Of a DNA stretch of 44,865 bases, positions 1 through 11,950 are shown one piece after another. The position numbers and the translations under genes are program-made. Position 1 is the first letter of the stretch; the number at the start of each line of letters is the position of its first letter. Source of the stretch: Seison nebaliae (Eukaryota); the NCBI GenBank assembly GCA_023231475.1, contig JALJEE010001737.1, forward strand, positions 62,001-106,865, written 5' to 3'. Below the pieces are notes generated by a model. The model had not been told where the DNA came from. It searched no databases and worked only from the letters and a program-made list of their open reading frames with translations.

Positions 1-223
1 TAAATTGAAAATTCTTCCATTCAAAGTAGCCGCATATGACAAAATTGTGAAGAAGATGAGTTTCTTCGATATTACGAGAAAGAGCGATTTCATCTCGATC
101 TCTGGTACGAAAATGCGTGCAATGGCACGAAAAGGGGAAAATCCGCCACCCGGCTTCATGGCCGAAAAGGCTTGGAAAGTATTATGTGATTATTATGGAG
201 CACTTCCAACTCCGAAAGGATAA
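1..223 (+). CDS. PAPSS: 3' end of bifunctional PAPS synthase / ATP sulfurylase (partial, runs off the window)
   Basis: Translation [11 protein letters not shown]...[37 protein letters not shown] matches the C-terminus of the ATP-sulfurylase domain of animal PAPSS; stop TAA at 221-223. Confidence 0.93.
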   Translation, partial: KLKILPFKVAAYDKIVKKMSFFDITRKSDFISISGTKMRAMARKGENPPPGFMAEKAWKVLCDYYGALPTPKG

Positions 224-416
224 ATCGTCCATTAATTACTCCAAAATATTCTCTATCACTTTCTCATTAAATTAATCTGAAATTGAATTAATCCTCATTT
301 AATTTAAGAATCACAATAATTTCATCTTGATTCCAAATAAAGATATTTAATTAAATTATTTTCCTCTTTCAATTCAAATAGAAATTAATAATAAATTTTT
401 ATTATAATAAAAATTC

Positions 417-2317
417 TTATAAAATTTTCTTTAAACGTTCTTCCTCTTGAACGAATTTGGTGAGTAATGATCGATCATTACGATTAAGGTTTTGCACTTT
501 CAACAATTTATTCAACGTGTCGTCTTTCTTCATTTTTGTTAGAATAATTTCACTTTGAATTCTATCCGATTTCCTTGATAATAATTGTTCATCACAATTG
601 TACTTTCGAATAACGTTATTTATCTCATTATTCATCAATCTTCAAACAGAGAACGGTTGAGAAGAGTCATGAATAATTAAAAAGGCATAACGTTTCTTTC
701 ATCAACAATTCATTTTGCACTTCATTAAATTGTTTCGACACTAATTTATGTTTCTTCGTTAAATCTTTCAGAGATAAATAAACATCGAGTTCTCGTCTTT
801 GACCCCGTTTTACCACTTGCTAAAAGAAACTGGTTCATCGTATTTCCAGGAAATAGGACTAACATCATATCGATTCTTAAATTCCAAATTTTGTTGACGA
901 TCCATATTTCTCTGATGTTGTACTGATTTCGCCAAATGGATTTTCTCATTATTTCTTCTACTGCTAATCATTTGGTTATACGCTTCCTCACTTCTCAAAC
1001 GTTTCCGCTCGTTGTGGATCTATTTCGTCTGTAAATTTATATTCGGCTCACAAACACAGAATAAACGTTAAGAAATTCTTGTGATTGGGTTCGACGAATG
1101 TCTTGATTAATCATATCGGATGATTCTCTCAGTCCTCTTTGTCGTTGCCAAGTGGAAGAAATATTATTCTTCGCGTCGATCTGTTTACGTTCCACTGATG
1201 AAAGAGAATAATTTATATATCAATTTAAATTATTCAAAATCTGCAACATTCTCTTTGTTTCATTGTATTATTGTTGAACTTACCGTTATGATCGGCAGAT
1301 AACAATCTTTTCTTTTGAATATGTTGAGAAATAAATTTGTTGGTCGATCTAAAAATTAATTATCAAATTGGGGGCGATTAGATAGTTTCGATAGAAAAAT
1401 TTTACTTCATATTTTTCTCGAAATTCCCTTCGTCTAATAAATCTTCTTTTATGAGTTTTTTCTGAGATTCATCAATCTTTCTGAGAAAAAATCGATTGAT
1501 TTTAATATTGAAAAAGAAATTGAAAGAATCTTAAAGAATGATAACTTCTTTTCGAATTCTGCTGTAATTTCCTTCTCCAACTGTTTCTTCCGTCGTAAAA
1601 GTTCACAATTCTTCACTTCTTGTTTCAATGATGAGATTATCGTCTTGAAAAAATTATGAAAATTTCTAATAAATTAGAATTGGAGGAAACATCTTGTTTC
1701 TCTATTTTCTGTTTATATTCGGCTTCCAACAAATTCCTTTGACTTTCTGCCAATTTCATTTCGTTCAATTTATTCGAGTAATTCATTTCTATCAACGTTT
1801 CATTATTCTGATTGGTGTTATCTGATGAAAATTAGATTTCCGGATTCAATAAACGAAACTTATTTGTTTAGTTTTAATTACTTGCATTCGTCCTTCTTTC
1901 AATCGCTTCTCTGTATTCTAAGCGAGAATTAAAAGAAATATCAAATATAACGACAAATTTAACTTTATTTTGTTCTTTGTAAAATTCATCTTTCAATTCC
2001 TTCCTCAATAATAATTTATTGATGAGATCTTTCTCCGCATTATATTTCTCCTTATTAAATTCTATAAATATTTCATTTATCGGTTTATTTTTCAAAATTT
2101 GATTATCCAAATTTGAACTGTTTTCTTCGTTTCTTTCATTCACTCGAACTTCCAATCGTTCTCGTTTCAATCCCGTTTCATATCTTTTTAATTCGCGTTC
2201 TTTCTGTTTCGATCTAACAATTTGTTGCTAATTTTAATATCTTTATTAATCTATTTGATTCTATTAATCCTTAACTTCAATATCCGTGAGACTTTTGTGT
2301 TGGAAGGACAAATTCAT
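417..2317 (-). CDS. Multi-exon coiled-coil-rich protein of unknown function (about 11 exons)
   Basis: A continuous frame from ATG at 2317 (MNLSFQHKSLTDIE|QQIVRSKQKERELKR...) to the stop at 417 (...EEERLKKIL) can be built by removing 10 short introns (e.g. 2228-2275, 1349-1405). It joins track ORFs 1874-2170, 810-998 and 417-638. E/K/R/Q-rich; no family recognised. Confidence 0.65.
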
Positions 2318-2904
2318 TTGGAAGATCGTTCACGTTTTTTCTCTTGTGACATTTATATACATAATATTGATTAGAAATAATGTTTTGATTGTTGCTAAGA
2401 AACGACCATGATATCTCAATGAAAGGTTATTTTTTCTGTTCATAAACAAATTTTATAAATCTTTTAATTTAATTTATTTTGCATAAGAAGAAAGAGAATA
2501 AATAAAATTTTAAGTTAATTCAATTTCCAAAATAGATATTGAAATATTTTAACTAAAATTATAATTGTACTGAAAAATAGTAATGAAATCGATGATACTG
2601 ATAAAATTTTTCATTTCAGTTTCACGGAAAGCGTTTCAAAACTTTTTTTCTCATCTGAAAATACACTGTTATTTTGCACAAAGAGATTTTTTTCAATTGT
2701 GTTTATTGAAGGATATTTTTGTTTTTTCAATATGATTTCTTTGAATTATATTATATAATTTAATATAATATGATATATCGGTCGAGAAATATTTAAGTTG
2801 TACAATGAAAAATTGAAGTAATTCCAATTGAAGGAATTGGAAAATTGGAAATTTAATTTATTGACTTTATTGAAGTTGCTTAACGTATTATTAATTTACT
2901 GTTC

Positions 2905-3390
2905 ATGAGAAGTAATTTTTTCTTTCTAATTCTTCCTTATCACCTATTACTTTTAGTCAATTACCAACAATGTAAATCGATCAATAAACGAAGTATTTTG
3001 GGAGTGTACAACGATCCGATCGTTCAAATAGATGACGATCTCTACAATGAGATGTCTGACAGTTATTACGAAGATGTCGACAATCGACGAAAACAATTGA
3101 TGGATGACGAATATTTTAATCCGAAAAGAATTTTACAAATGAGAAAAAGTTTATTGACAGAAATGGCAACAGAGCGTCAACTACATAGAAAGCGACAGAA
3201 TCGACATCAGGTATCCGGCAATGTCTTCTTTGATCCCAAACAATATTATGACATATCATCCGTTTTGAATTCGGATGGGAATGATTTTACTGATGACGAC
3301 TTCCATAATACGAGATTTGGTAGACAGTGGGCGGAACATCATCATTTTGATGCGGAGAATTTGATGGATGGAATGCAGTTAGAAAATTGA
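2905..3390 (+). CDS. Secreted neuropeptide precursor-like protein (RFamide type), single exon
   Basis: Hydrophobic N-terminus (MRSNFFFLILPYHLLLLVNYQQCKS), several basic convertase-type sites (KR, RRK, KR, RKR), acidic spacers and an RF-G-R amidation signal (DFHNTRFGR). Confidence 0.7.
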   Translation: MRSNFFFLILPYHLLLLVNYQQCKSINKRSILGVYNDPIVQIDDDLYNEMSDSYYEDVDNRRKQLMDDEYFNPKRILQMRKSLLTEMATERQLHRKRQNRHQVSGNVFFDPKQYYDISSVLNSDGNDFTDDDFHNTRFGRQWAEHHHFDAENLMDGMQLEN

Positions 3391-3495
3391 TGAAAATTAA
3401 TGAAAATCGATTGGAAATGATATGTAAATATGAATTGATAGTTTGTGAGGAATGTGTTGAAAAGAATTAATTGAAAATTATTTTTTTGAAAAATT

Positions 3496-5466
3496 TTAAA
3501 GATGTGAAATGATAGAAGATGCAGTTGCAGCTGCTGCTAATGATGCATATGCCTGCCAATTTCTCCCATAACTTCCGTCATCATAATCTGCAATACCTCG
3601 GATGATAATAAAAGATTCGCAACGATTTCCATGTATCGATTCGATAACTTCAGGCATTTCGGTGTCAAAACTAAGAATTCCATATCGATCACAAACATGT
3701 TTCTTCACATCCACATTCTTCAATATCAGACGACCACCAGCAATCAATCCATAATGTAACTTCATTTGTTCTTTCTCATTCTCACGTTCTTCATCATACG
3801 GATGTGTCATTTCAATTGGACCATTATTTGTTTGTACTATCAATTCATCATGATTGGGACAAAGGAAATTTATTCCCGAATTCTCCAACGTTCGAATTCC
3901 AGCATCAATTAATATTTTAATTGTAACGGGAGATAAGATTTTAGGGATTTTATTAAATGTCTCAGTGGTACATCCCCATAATCGAACATTCAAAGCCATT
4001 TCATCATTCTCACCTGAATCATTTGTCGAATTATCATTTTTCTTCGAATGTTGGAAATAAACATAAACATTCTTCGTATCTTGAATATATGGTATCGATA
4101 CGACAACGTCACCTCGTCGAGGATGTCGTTTACCATTTGTAAAATTGGCTACTCCACCCCCATAACCCACAATAATGACATGTGATATATTTTTAAATAT
4201 TCCCAATAATCTAGTAGTGGCGTTTCCTGTACTAACTCGATTTGCCGATAATTCCGTCCATTCAACTCGTTGATAAGATTGTCCAGAAATATTTTCCTTT
4301 TTATTTTTGATAAGTAAATTGGGAATTTTCGAAACAACTACATGTTTATCTCCAATTTTACCAATTGTATAGATGTCAGATTCATTCGTCTTTTGACGGA
4401 CATAAGTCGTTTTATTTTTAATCATTGCATCCATCGCTAATTTCTCACAATAATCCAAAGTGATAATGGCAATTGTTGGTAATTTTGAAACATTCATCAT
4501 TTCATTAATGTCATTCATTTTAAAAAGTTTATGATGATCAAATGATAATAAATGATCTTCATCTGGTGTAACAGCAGAATTCTGATGGACGACAGGTCTC
4601 ATCCAATTTCCACCTCCCAAATCATTTATTCGTCCATTCTTCACTAGAGCTATCATATAATGCATAAGAGCTTCATGACTTGGAGCATTTGTCAATCTTT
4701 TAGAAAATTGAAGAAGCAGATTGATGAAATGATGAAAACTTTATTAAATCTTTTGTATTGACATAATTCGGAAAAGATTGTCCCAACACTTCCAAAATGA
4801 TGTCGACCGCTGACTCTTCAAATCTCCGTTCTTTAGTTGTCGATTCATTGATTTCCATGTCAACTCGACCGATCCATTCGATGAATAATTCGATACGTAT
4901 CATCGTATGGAAATTCACCATTATCTCCATCACTTTTTTGATATATTGAGAATAATCTTTTGAGAATGAGAGTAAATGGTGAAGGAAGTTAATTTGAAAA
5001 AACTTTTTGGGAAATTATCTTCTTTAAATAAATCCTTTAGAAACATATTAGCCGAATTTACTTTCTCTTCATCCGTCATTCCATTTCGATACCAAAAATA
5101 AATTCGTCTAATTTCCTTCGAATAAATTCAAATTATCATTTTTACATGAGAAATTTATGGAAACTTTAAAATAATTTTCTGTATCAATTTGTTTCGATAT
5201 CACTTCGAAATCAACAGTAATATCTTCTTCTTCCATCATATTGTCGACAGTTGTATTCTCTTTGTTGATGAGGAAGTTCCGATGAGAGTCGCTTCCAACA
5301 AATTCATAATTTCTTTCGTTCAATTTATCTATTGGAATTTTCTTCTTCTCAAGAACAATTCTTCGATTCTTCTCGTTGCCCAATTCATTGAGTGATGTCA
5401 TTATTATTCTTTCTATTAATAAGAATATGATTTTTCTTCAAACAAAAATGAGGACGAACCTTCCAT
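3496..5466 (-). CDS. Purine nucleoside phosphorylase / MTA-SAH nucleosidase-fold domain protein with an N-terminal extension (5 exons)
   Basis: Motifs TIAIIT..CEKLAMDAM, YTIGKIG, IIVGYGGG, RRGDVVVS, LHYGLIAGG, DTEM, IIIRGIADYDDG and WQAYASLAAAA are typical of PNP_UDP_1-type domains. Introns at 5413-5459, 5116-5164, 4957-5003 and 4697-4739 (all GTT..AG) join the ORF fragments; 7-nt coding first exon ATGGAAG at 5466-5460. Confidence 0.8.
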
Positions 5467-5599
5467 TATTGGTTACTGATTTGTCGTTGAAAAGAAATGA
5501 AGAAAAAAAAGAGAGAAATCTTTAAAAATAAATAAAAAATGAGAAATTTTTTTATTTGATATTTCAAAAATATGATAATTTATAAATTTATTATCTCAA

Positions 5600-6805
5600 T
5601 TAACAATTGATGACTCGGTTCAATTTTTGAATTCGATTCAATAACAAATCGCCTTTTTTTATCGTTTCCTGATAGAGATGATTCTTCGAATCAGGTCGAT
5701 CACTGCGAACAATTCGCTGAACTTGATCGATCTTACAATGGAGACGTCCACATGAAATGAATCTAGATAATTCCATATCAATAAACTTTTCAGATACTCC
5801 GAACACTTTCGCTAAATAATCCAATCGAAGTGACTGATATGATTGGAGGAGTTGATTATATGCTTTCACTCTCATCTCCTTTACATAATATTGAGAATGT
5901 CGACATAGATATATATCGTTTTTCAAATCTAGTTCCACATGAAATGCCAATGAACGAAAGAAATCACCATAATCACCTTGGTAGAAGGAGAAAGCGAATA
6001 ATTTCAATGATTTTAACGACGTGTTCATCACTTCTAAAATTTCGGAACATTTCAAAACTTTCTTTCTGAATTCGGGTCGTTCCAAAGCGAGAATAGAACA
6101 CAAAATTGAATATTTCACAAATTCCTCATACGTCATCAATTCGTAAGAAGTGAATGTGGCGATAGTCGCCAAGAAATTGACAGCAGCTGTTTTGAAATCT
6201 CGAACAGACATACAATAAAGTGCTCGATAAACTTTAAATCGATTTCGTTTGTCCCAATCTCCTCCATTATCGATCATCTCTTCTAATTTCTCCAATTTCC
6301 CTCCAATATTTTTCATTTCATTGAAGAAATACAAATGTCTCAATTCAAGAAATGCTAAATCAATTCGATATTCGATACTTGTCGCTTTCTCAATTGTTTC
6401 TTTCAAAATATCATTAAAATGATCTCGATCACCAATTTTTGCATAGTACTCACATCGAGCTATATGCGCATCACGAATTTCTATCTCTCCAAAATTCTCT
6501 TTCGCATCTTCAATTTTCTTATTTAATTCTTTAATTTTCGTTCGATTCTCTTCCTCCAATTCTTCCATCAATTTCTGATTTATCGGTAATTTTAATTCTT
6601 CACATAATGATCGATAATATGGCGCCATCGAATCGGCACGAATTATGGCGAGTACTTTATTCTGAACTTCCACATCATCCACTTGTTTCTCCAGAAAAAA
6701 TTTCAATTTAGATAATTCCAAATTTGGAATACGAGGAAGTCCTTCGTCATTCGTTTCATTTTTTTTCTTTTTTGTTTGTTCTTCAATCTTCACGTTATTA
6801 GTCAT
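5600..6805 (-). CDS. PSMD6: 26S proteasome non-ATPase regulatory subunit 6 (RPN7), intronless
   Basis: EGLPRIPNLELS, MAPYY, GGDWDKRNRFKVY, TFTSYELM, ELSRFI..GRLHCKID, RPDSKN..YQETIKKGDLLLNRIQKL match RPN7/PSMD6 over the full length. Confidence 0.97.
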   Translation of the reverse strand: MTNNVKIEEQTKKKKNETNDEGLPRIPNLELSKLKFFLEKQVDDVEVQNKVLAIIRADSMAPYYRSLCEELKLPINQKLMEELEEENRTKIKELNKKIEDAKENFGEIEIRDAHIARCEYYAKIGDRDHFNDILKETIEKATSIEYRIDLAFLELRHLYFFNEMKNIGGKLEKLEEMIDNGGDWDKRNRFKVYRALYCMSVRDFKTAAVNFLATIATFTSYELMTYEEFVKYSILCSILALERPEFRKKVLKCSEILEVMNTSLKSLKLFAFSFYQGDYGDFFRSLAFHVELDLKNDIYLCRHSQYYVKEMRVKAYNQLLQSYQSLRLDYLAKVFGVSEKFIDMELSRFISCGRLHCKIDQVQRIVRSDRPDSKNHLYQETIKKGDLLLNRIQKLNRVINC

Positions 6806-7051
6806 GTCACTGATTGTACTTTTGAATTTGTTTGTTTAAGGAAAATGAAATTAATTTATTGTCAAAAAATTAACTTTTCTAATTTATTATTATTTTCAAC
6901 TGAATTAAAGCTTAATATTGTTGTTGTTTTAAATTCAAATTTTTCTTTAATGATTTACTTGACATTTCCTCAATATTTCTCATTTTTTTCCGTTCAATTG
7001 TTTATGTTGTCATGAAAATTTGATTAGCTTGAAACGTCAATACTCTTCAAT
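6806..7051. promoter_or_regulatory. Probable bidirectional promoter between PSMD6 and FAM184
   Basis: Only 246 nt separate the two divergent ATGs. Confidence 0.55.
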
Positions 7052-10000
7052 ATGACTAGTTCTCTGATGAAAGAGAAGAGGAAGGACTTTATTAAACAAT
7101 GTAACATTCCACCAAATGAACAAATCCCTCCGGAATTACATATCCGAATGTGCAAGAAGATAGCACAATTAACTAAAGTTTATTAATTATTAATAGTAAT
7201 TGGAAAATTCCTCACGAATTCCAGGTGATCTATACACTAAACACGAAGAATGAGGCGCATGCTCTGGAACTGAAGATGAAAGAAAACGATTTCAAGAATG
7301 TGGTACAAGAAAAACTACGAAATGTTCACGGACGATATCAAGATAAATTGGACAATATGGAGAAGAAAATCGAAAATCAAACGACTGAAATGTTTCATAA
7401 GAAATTATTCAATAATTTTATGTCTTTTTTAGTTTCAATCTTCATACCGAATTGGAACAGAAAGCAATTGAATGGAATTCGAAGAAAAATATTGATAATG
7501 TTCGAAATGAGAATATAACAAATTTGACTGAGGAATTGGAGAAGAAGAATCGGGAAATTTTAATTTTACGTTCCGACATACAGAAACGTTGGGACCATGA
7601 AGAAAATTTTCAGAGAACATGTGATGAAAGTTTAGCTAGATCGGCTGAAGTTGAAAAGAACTTAAAAATCGAAGTTTCATTGTTGACAAAACAATTCGAA
7701 AAATTTAAAGATAAAACATCATTAAACAAATTAAACCATCAAAACATTTTAGATGACAATAAAAAAATGATTGAAAAATTAAAAGAAGAAAATAAGGAAA
7801 ACATAGAAAATTATGATTTACTCAATACTGAATTGACGAATAAAAATGCAAGTTTTCTTCGTCAAGAATTGGAATACAAAAATCAGATAAATCAGTTGAA
7901 AGGAGAAATTTTAGATAACGAAAATGGAAAACGTAAACATAACGAAATTATTAGTAATCAGGTTATTCAGATGATATTATTATTAATAATCTAATAATTT
8001 TATTAAATTTTGTTGTAGAATCGAGAATTAGATCAATTAAAAATTAAGTTGGAAGAAGAGAGAAAAAAACTTGAAAGAAATATCGATGAACTGGAAGAAA
8101 TGAAAAAATCTTTAGCTAACATGAAAGATGATGAAAACAGTTTATTTCCTATCTCCCAGATTTGATGAATAAGTTTCATATGAAAAAAGTTGTCGATTTA
8201 AAAGAGTATGAAACTTTAAGAAAACGATATGACGATTCATTCTCAATATTTAATGACAAAATATATCTGCTCGAACAAGAAATACAACAACAGAAATTAA
8301 AGTTTACCGATTTACACACAGAAAAAGAATCATTGAACAGGCAACTGGAGGATAAGAATGAAAATTATAAAAATGTTAAAAAACTATTATCAATTCTTTA
8401 ATCTTTAAAAATTCCCTCCAATTATTTTACTTTTAGGAGATGAGAATTTTAAAACAATCGAAAGATAAATTGGAAAAAGAATTTCGTATGAAACGAAGTG
8501 AAGTTGAATTGGAATTGCGGAATAGCCTGCAAGATGTTGAGGACCAATTGAAATCGATGAAGAAAGAAAAAGAAAAATATGAAAATTTGTTAAAAATGAA
8601 CGAGAAAGGATTGAATGAGAGTGTTAAATTTTATTAAATAAAATGTTGTATCATTTTTCGACAGAAAATTCAATTTTCAAACTTAGAAGAAGAATATAAA
8701 ACAGTTGTGGACAAGAAAACACGTTTAGAAGAGGAGGAGGAAGAGTTAACAAAAAAATTTGCTTTAGCACAGAAAACAGTTTCAATTAAATTTTATTCAA
8801 TACTTATTATTTTTAAATTAGATTTATGAGTTGGAAGAAAAGGAGAAGGTACATCTAACTGAGATTGAAGTTTTAGAAGGAAATATTGTGCAAGAAAGTG
8901 AGAAGTTTTCCGAGTTGAAAACAAATTTAACATCAGATATCCATCAATTGACGAAACAACTAACAGATCTTAATGTTTTGTCCAGATATTGTTGAATTAA
9001 TTTTTATTTTTAATCGTTCTTAGATGGAATTGAATGAGAAGTTGGGTCAACAAAAGAAACAATATAAAAAGTTTGAAAAAGAATCCAATGAAAAGTTGAA
9101 TGGATTAAATGCGAAAAATTTGAAATTAACCAATTCTATCAACCAAATGATAATGAAACATAAAGAATTTATGGAAACGAACAATCTTCAGATAAAGAAA
9201 AACGATGAAACACATCAACTTGAAATTTCGAATTTAGAAACTGAAAAACAAAAACAAATTCAACATTTGAATGAAGAACATAAGAGAGCGATGGAACGAA
9301 TGGCAAAACAATTGTCTGATAAAGAGGAAATGACGAAGAACAAATTGAAAGAAAGTAAGGAAGAAATTAATCGTCTTAAGGACGATACATCTGAGATTGA
9401 GAAGAGATATAATAAGGAAATTAAGGATATTAATAAAAAGATTATTGAGGAAAAGTCGAATATGGAAAAGAAATTCAACTCACAAATCACAACATTAAAA
9501 GAGGAATGGATAAAGAAAGAAAATAAAATTTTGGAAGGAAATTTAATAACTCAAAAAACGTTATTATCGAATGCACACGATGAATACGAGAAAGAGAAAG
9601 ATCGAATGTTGGAAAACTATAATCAACAACTTCAAACAGTCAAAGGTTCAACGAATTCCTCATTAAATTTGAACTGGAATTTTAATTTTTTGCAGAAGAA
9701 GAAAAATTGTCATATTCTGAAAAAATCGAAGTTATGAGACTGAAACATTGTCAGGAATTGGAAGGAATATTGAAGAATAAAGAAGATTGTCATCGCGCGG
9801 AGATGAAGTTTTCCTCGAACAAAGTTCAATTCCCCATCATTATTTGTTTTTAATTTTTATGAATTTTATGAAGATAACTGATCTAACATCTAATATGAAA
9901 TTGATAGAGGATAAATTGAACGAAAATCGAAAAGAATTAGAAAACACCCAGAAAACATTAAATGAGAAGAACTTTCTTCTTCAAAGTTTAGATTGCGAAT

Positions 10001-10630
10001 TAAGTGTTGAAAAACAGAATTATAAGAAACTTATAATAACAACAGAGAATGATTTAAAGTTCGTTTTTTTTAAGCATTTTTATTTAGTATTAATTCGATC
10101 TCATTTTTTTATTGAACAACAGAGATTTAAAGAAGAAATTAAAAATTGAGTTTAATTCAGAATTATCAGACTTAAATCAAAAACACAACAAAGAATTGTC
10201 AATTTTGCAAATGCAATTCGATTGTCAGAGATGTAATATGCAAGATGAGATAGTACGACTCAATTCACATACTGAACAATTAGAACAGGATTATTTGAAT
10301 CGCCCATCGTTAGAAAAAGATTTGGAATTAATTTCCCAACTTCAAGCAGATATAAATGAGAGAAATGAAATTATATTGAAAATTAATGTTTATATTCAAT
10401 ATTTTACTAATCTATTAACCGATATCTATTTAGAAAGAAAAAGAGCATTTTCGTATGGAACTAATCAATAGAGATGCCAATTTTACCAAGGTTTTTAATA
10501 ATTCTACCCCAATGGTCGGAGTTTTGAATCCACTGATATCGAATAAGGTTCAAATTTTTTATACTACCACTATTTCTTAATTTACTGGTTGATGCAGAAA
10601 AAACCAAAATCTCTAAATCGACCAAGATGA
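7052..10630 (+). CDS. FAM184A: FAM184 family coiled-coil protein (about 14 exons)
   Basis: N-terminal signature LHIRMCKKIAQLTK|VIYTLNTKNE (intron 7178-7224) and C-terminal MELINRDANFTKVFNNSTPMVGVLNPL match FAM184A/B. Long coiled coil between them; 13 short GTT..AG introns restore the frame; stop TGA at 10628-10630. Confidence 0.88.
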
Positions 10631-11950
10631 ACTTTGTACTACTTTAAGTCGGACATAACTTAATTGACTAATAACTAGTACGAATTTTAAAAATAAAATA
10701 GAGTTAAAATGAAGATAGTTCTTATATTTACTGTTTGAACTCACAACTCACATTCTCAGATACATTATTATAATAATAATTCGGTAATAAATTATATATC
10801 ATGATTATTTGATCATGGTCTACGCACGTTCCACACATAACCGCGAAACAACGTACTAGCGTTCCGTCAATATTTCAATTTATCCCGTCAGGAATTTTAT
10901 TTAGAAAAATTATAGAACTATGCTCATTTTAATGAATCCAAGATTAACAAAATAAGCTACTTCTCAAGTAAGGATGGTTCTCAATCATCTACCTATGCAT
11001 CTTATTAAGATTTTTTTAAAGGTTGCATTGAAATATTGAAGTATTCAACTTTGATGTGATATGTTTTATAATTAGAATAATGATAATCTAATGATAAGGT
11101 TATTCACGTATTATTAAATAGTACGTATTCAGTTCAGTTGTGTCTTCTGTCTGTTTGAAGTCTGTTGAATAAAAAAAAAATAGTTCGAAAACTTTTTTCA
11201 GAAAATTGTGTTAGGTGTTTCTTATTTTGAATATTCTAAAATAATTATTATATTATTAGGACATAGAGTTTGATTCTTCTTTTATTAGAAAATATATGAA
11301 GTCCCTACAATAATACACTGCCTTTAATTAAGTCCTGAATACAAATATAGAATAACTCAATTGTTGATAAGAATTGATAGTGATTTTGAAACTATTGAAG
11401 AGTATTAGAATGATTTATATGTTGTGTTGTTTAATAATTATTTATTTATCTTTTAGATAATCATTAATGTTAATCCTTATTATCATTAGAATAATTACAT
11501 TTCAATGAATCTGTTAAAAATGACTCTTTGAATAACAAATTTGAAATAACAATAATAGATGATACCTCAATTAAGGAGGCAACTTGATGAAACCTGTTAA
11601 TCGACCGTCATAAATGAGCATAAATGCTTTTTAATTCAAATAACCGTATATAGAGGGAGAAAGTTGAAATAGTAACAACAAATATCAAGAAAAAATGAGA
11701 AATGAAATTTGGAAGTTCCACGCGTTGTATGAAGGACATTGTTCGATATTATTGGTAGCATCTGTCGTAAAGAAATATTGTCTCTCTGCTCATCGACAAG
11801 GAGAAATATATATTAGAAGAAGGGTGTCAGCTTTCCATAATTATGCAGCATACAACTGCTACAGCATTATTATCCTATCTATTCTTGACAAACTATTTAT
11901 TGAAAATATATTTATGAAAAAGGAGATAATTTGACGACATTGTGGGAATA

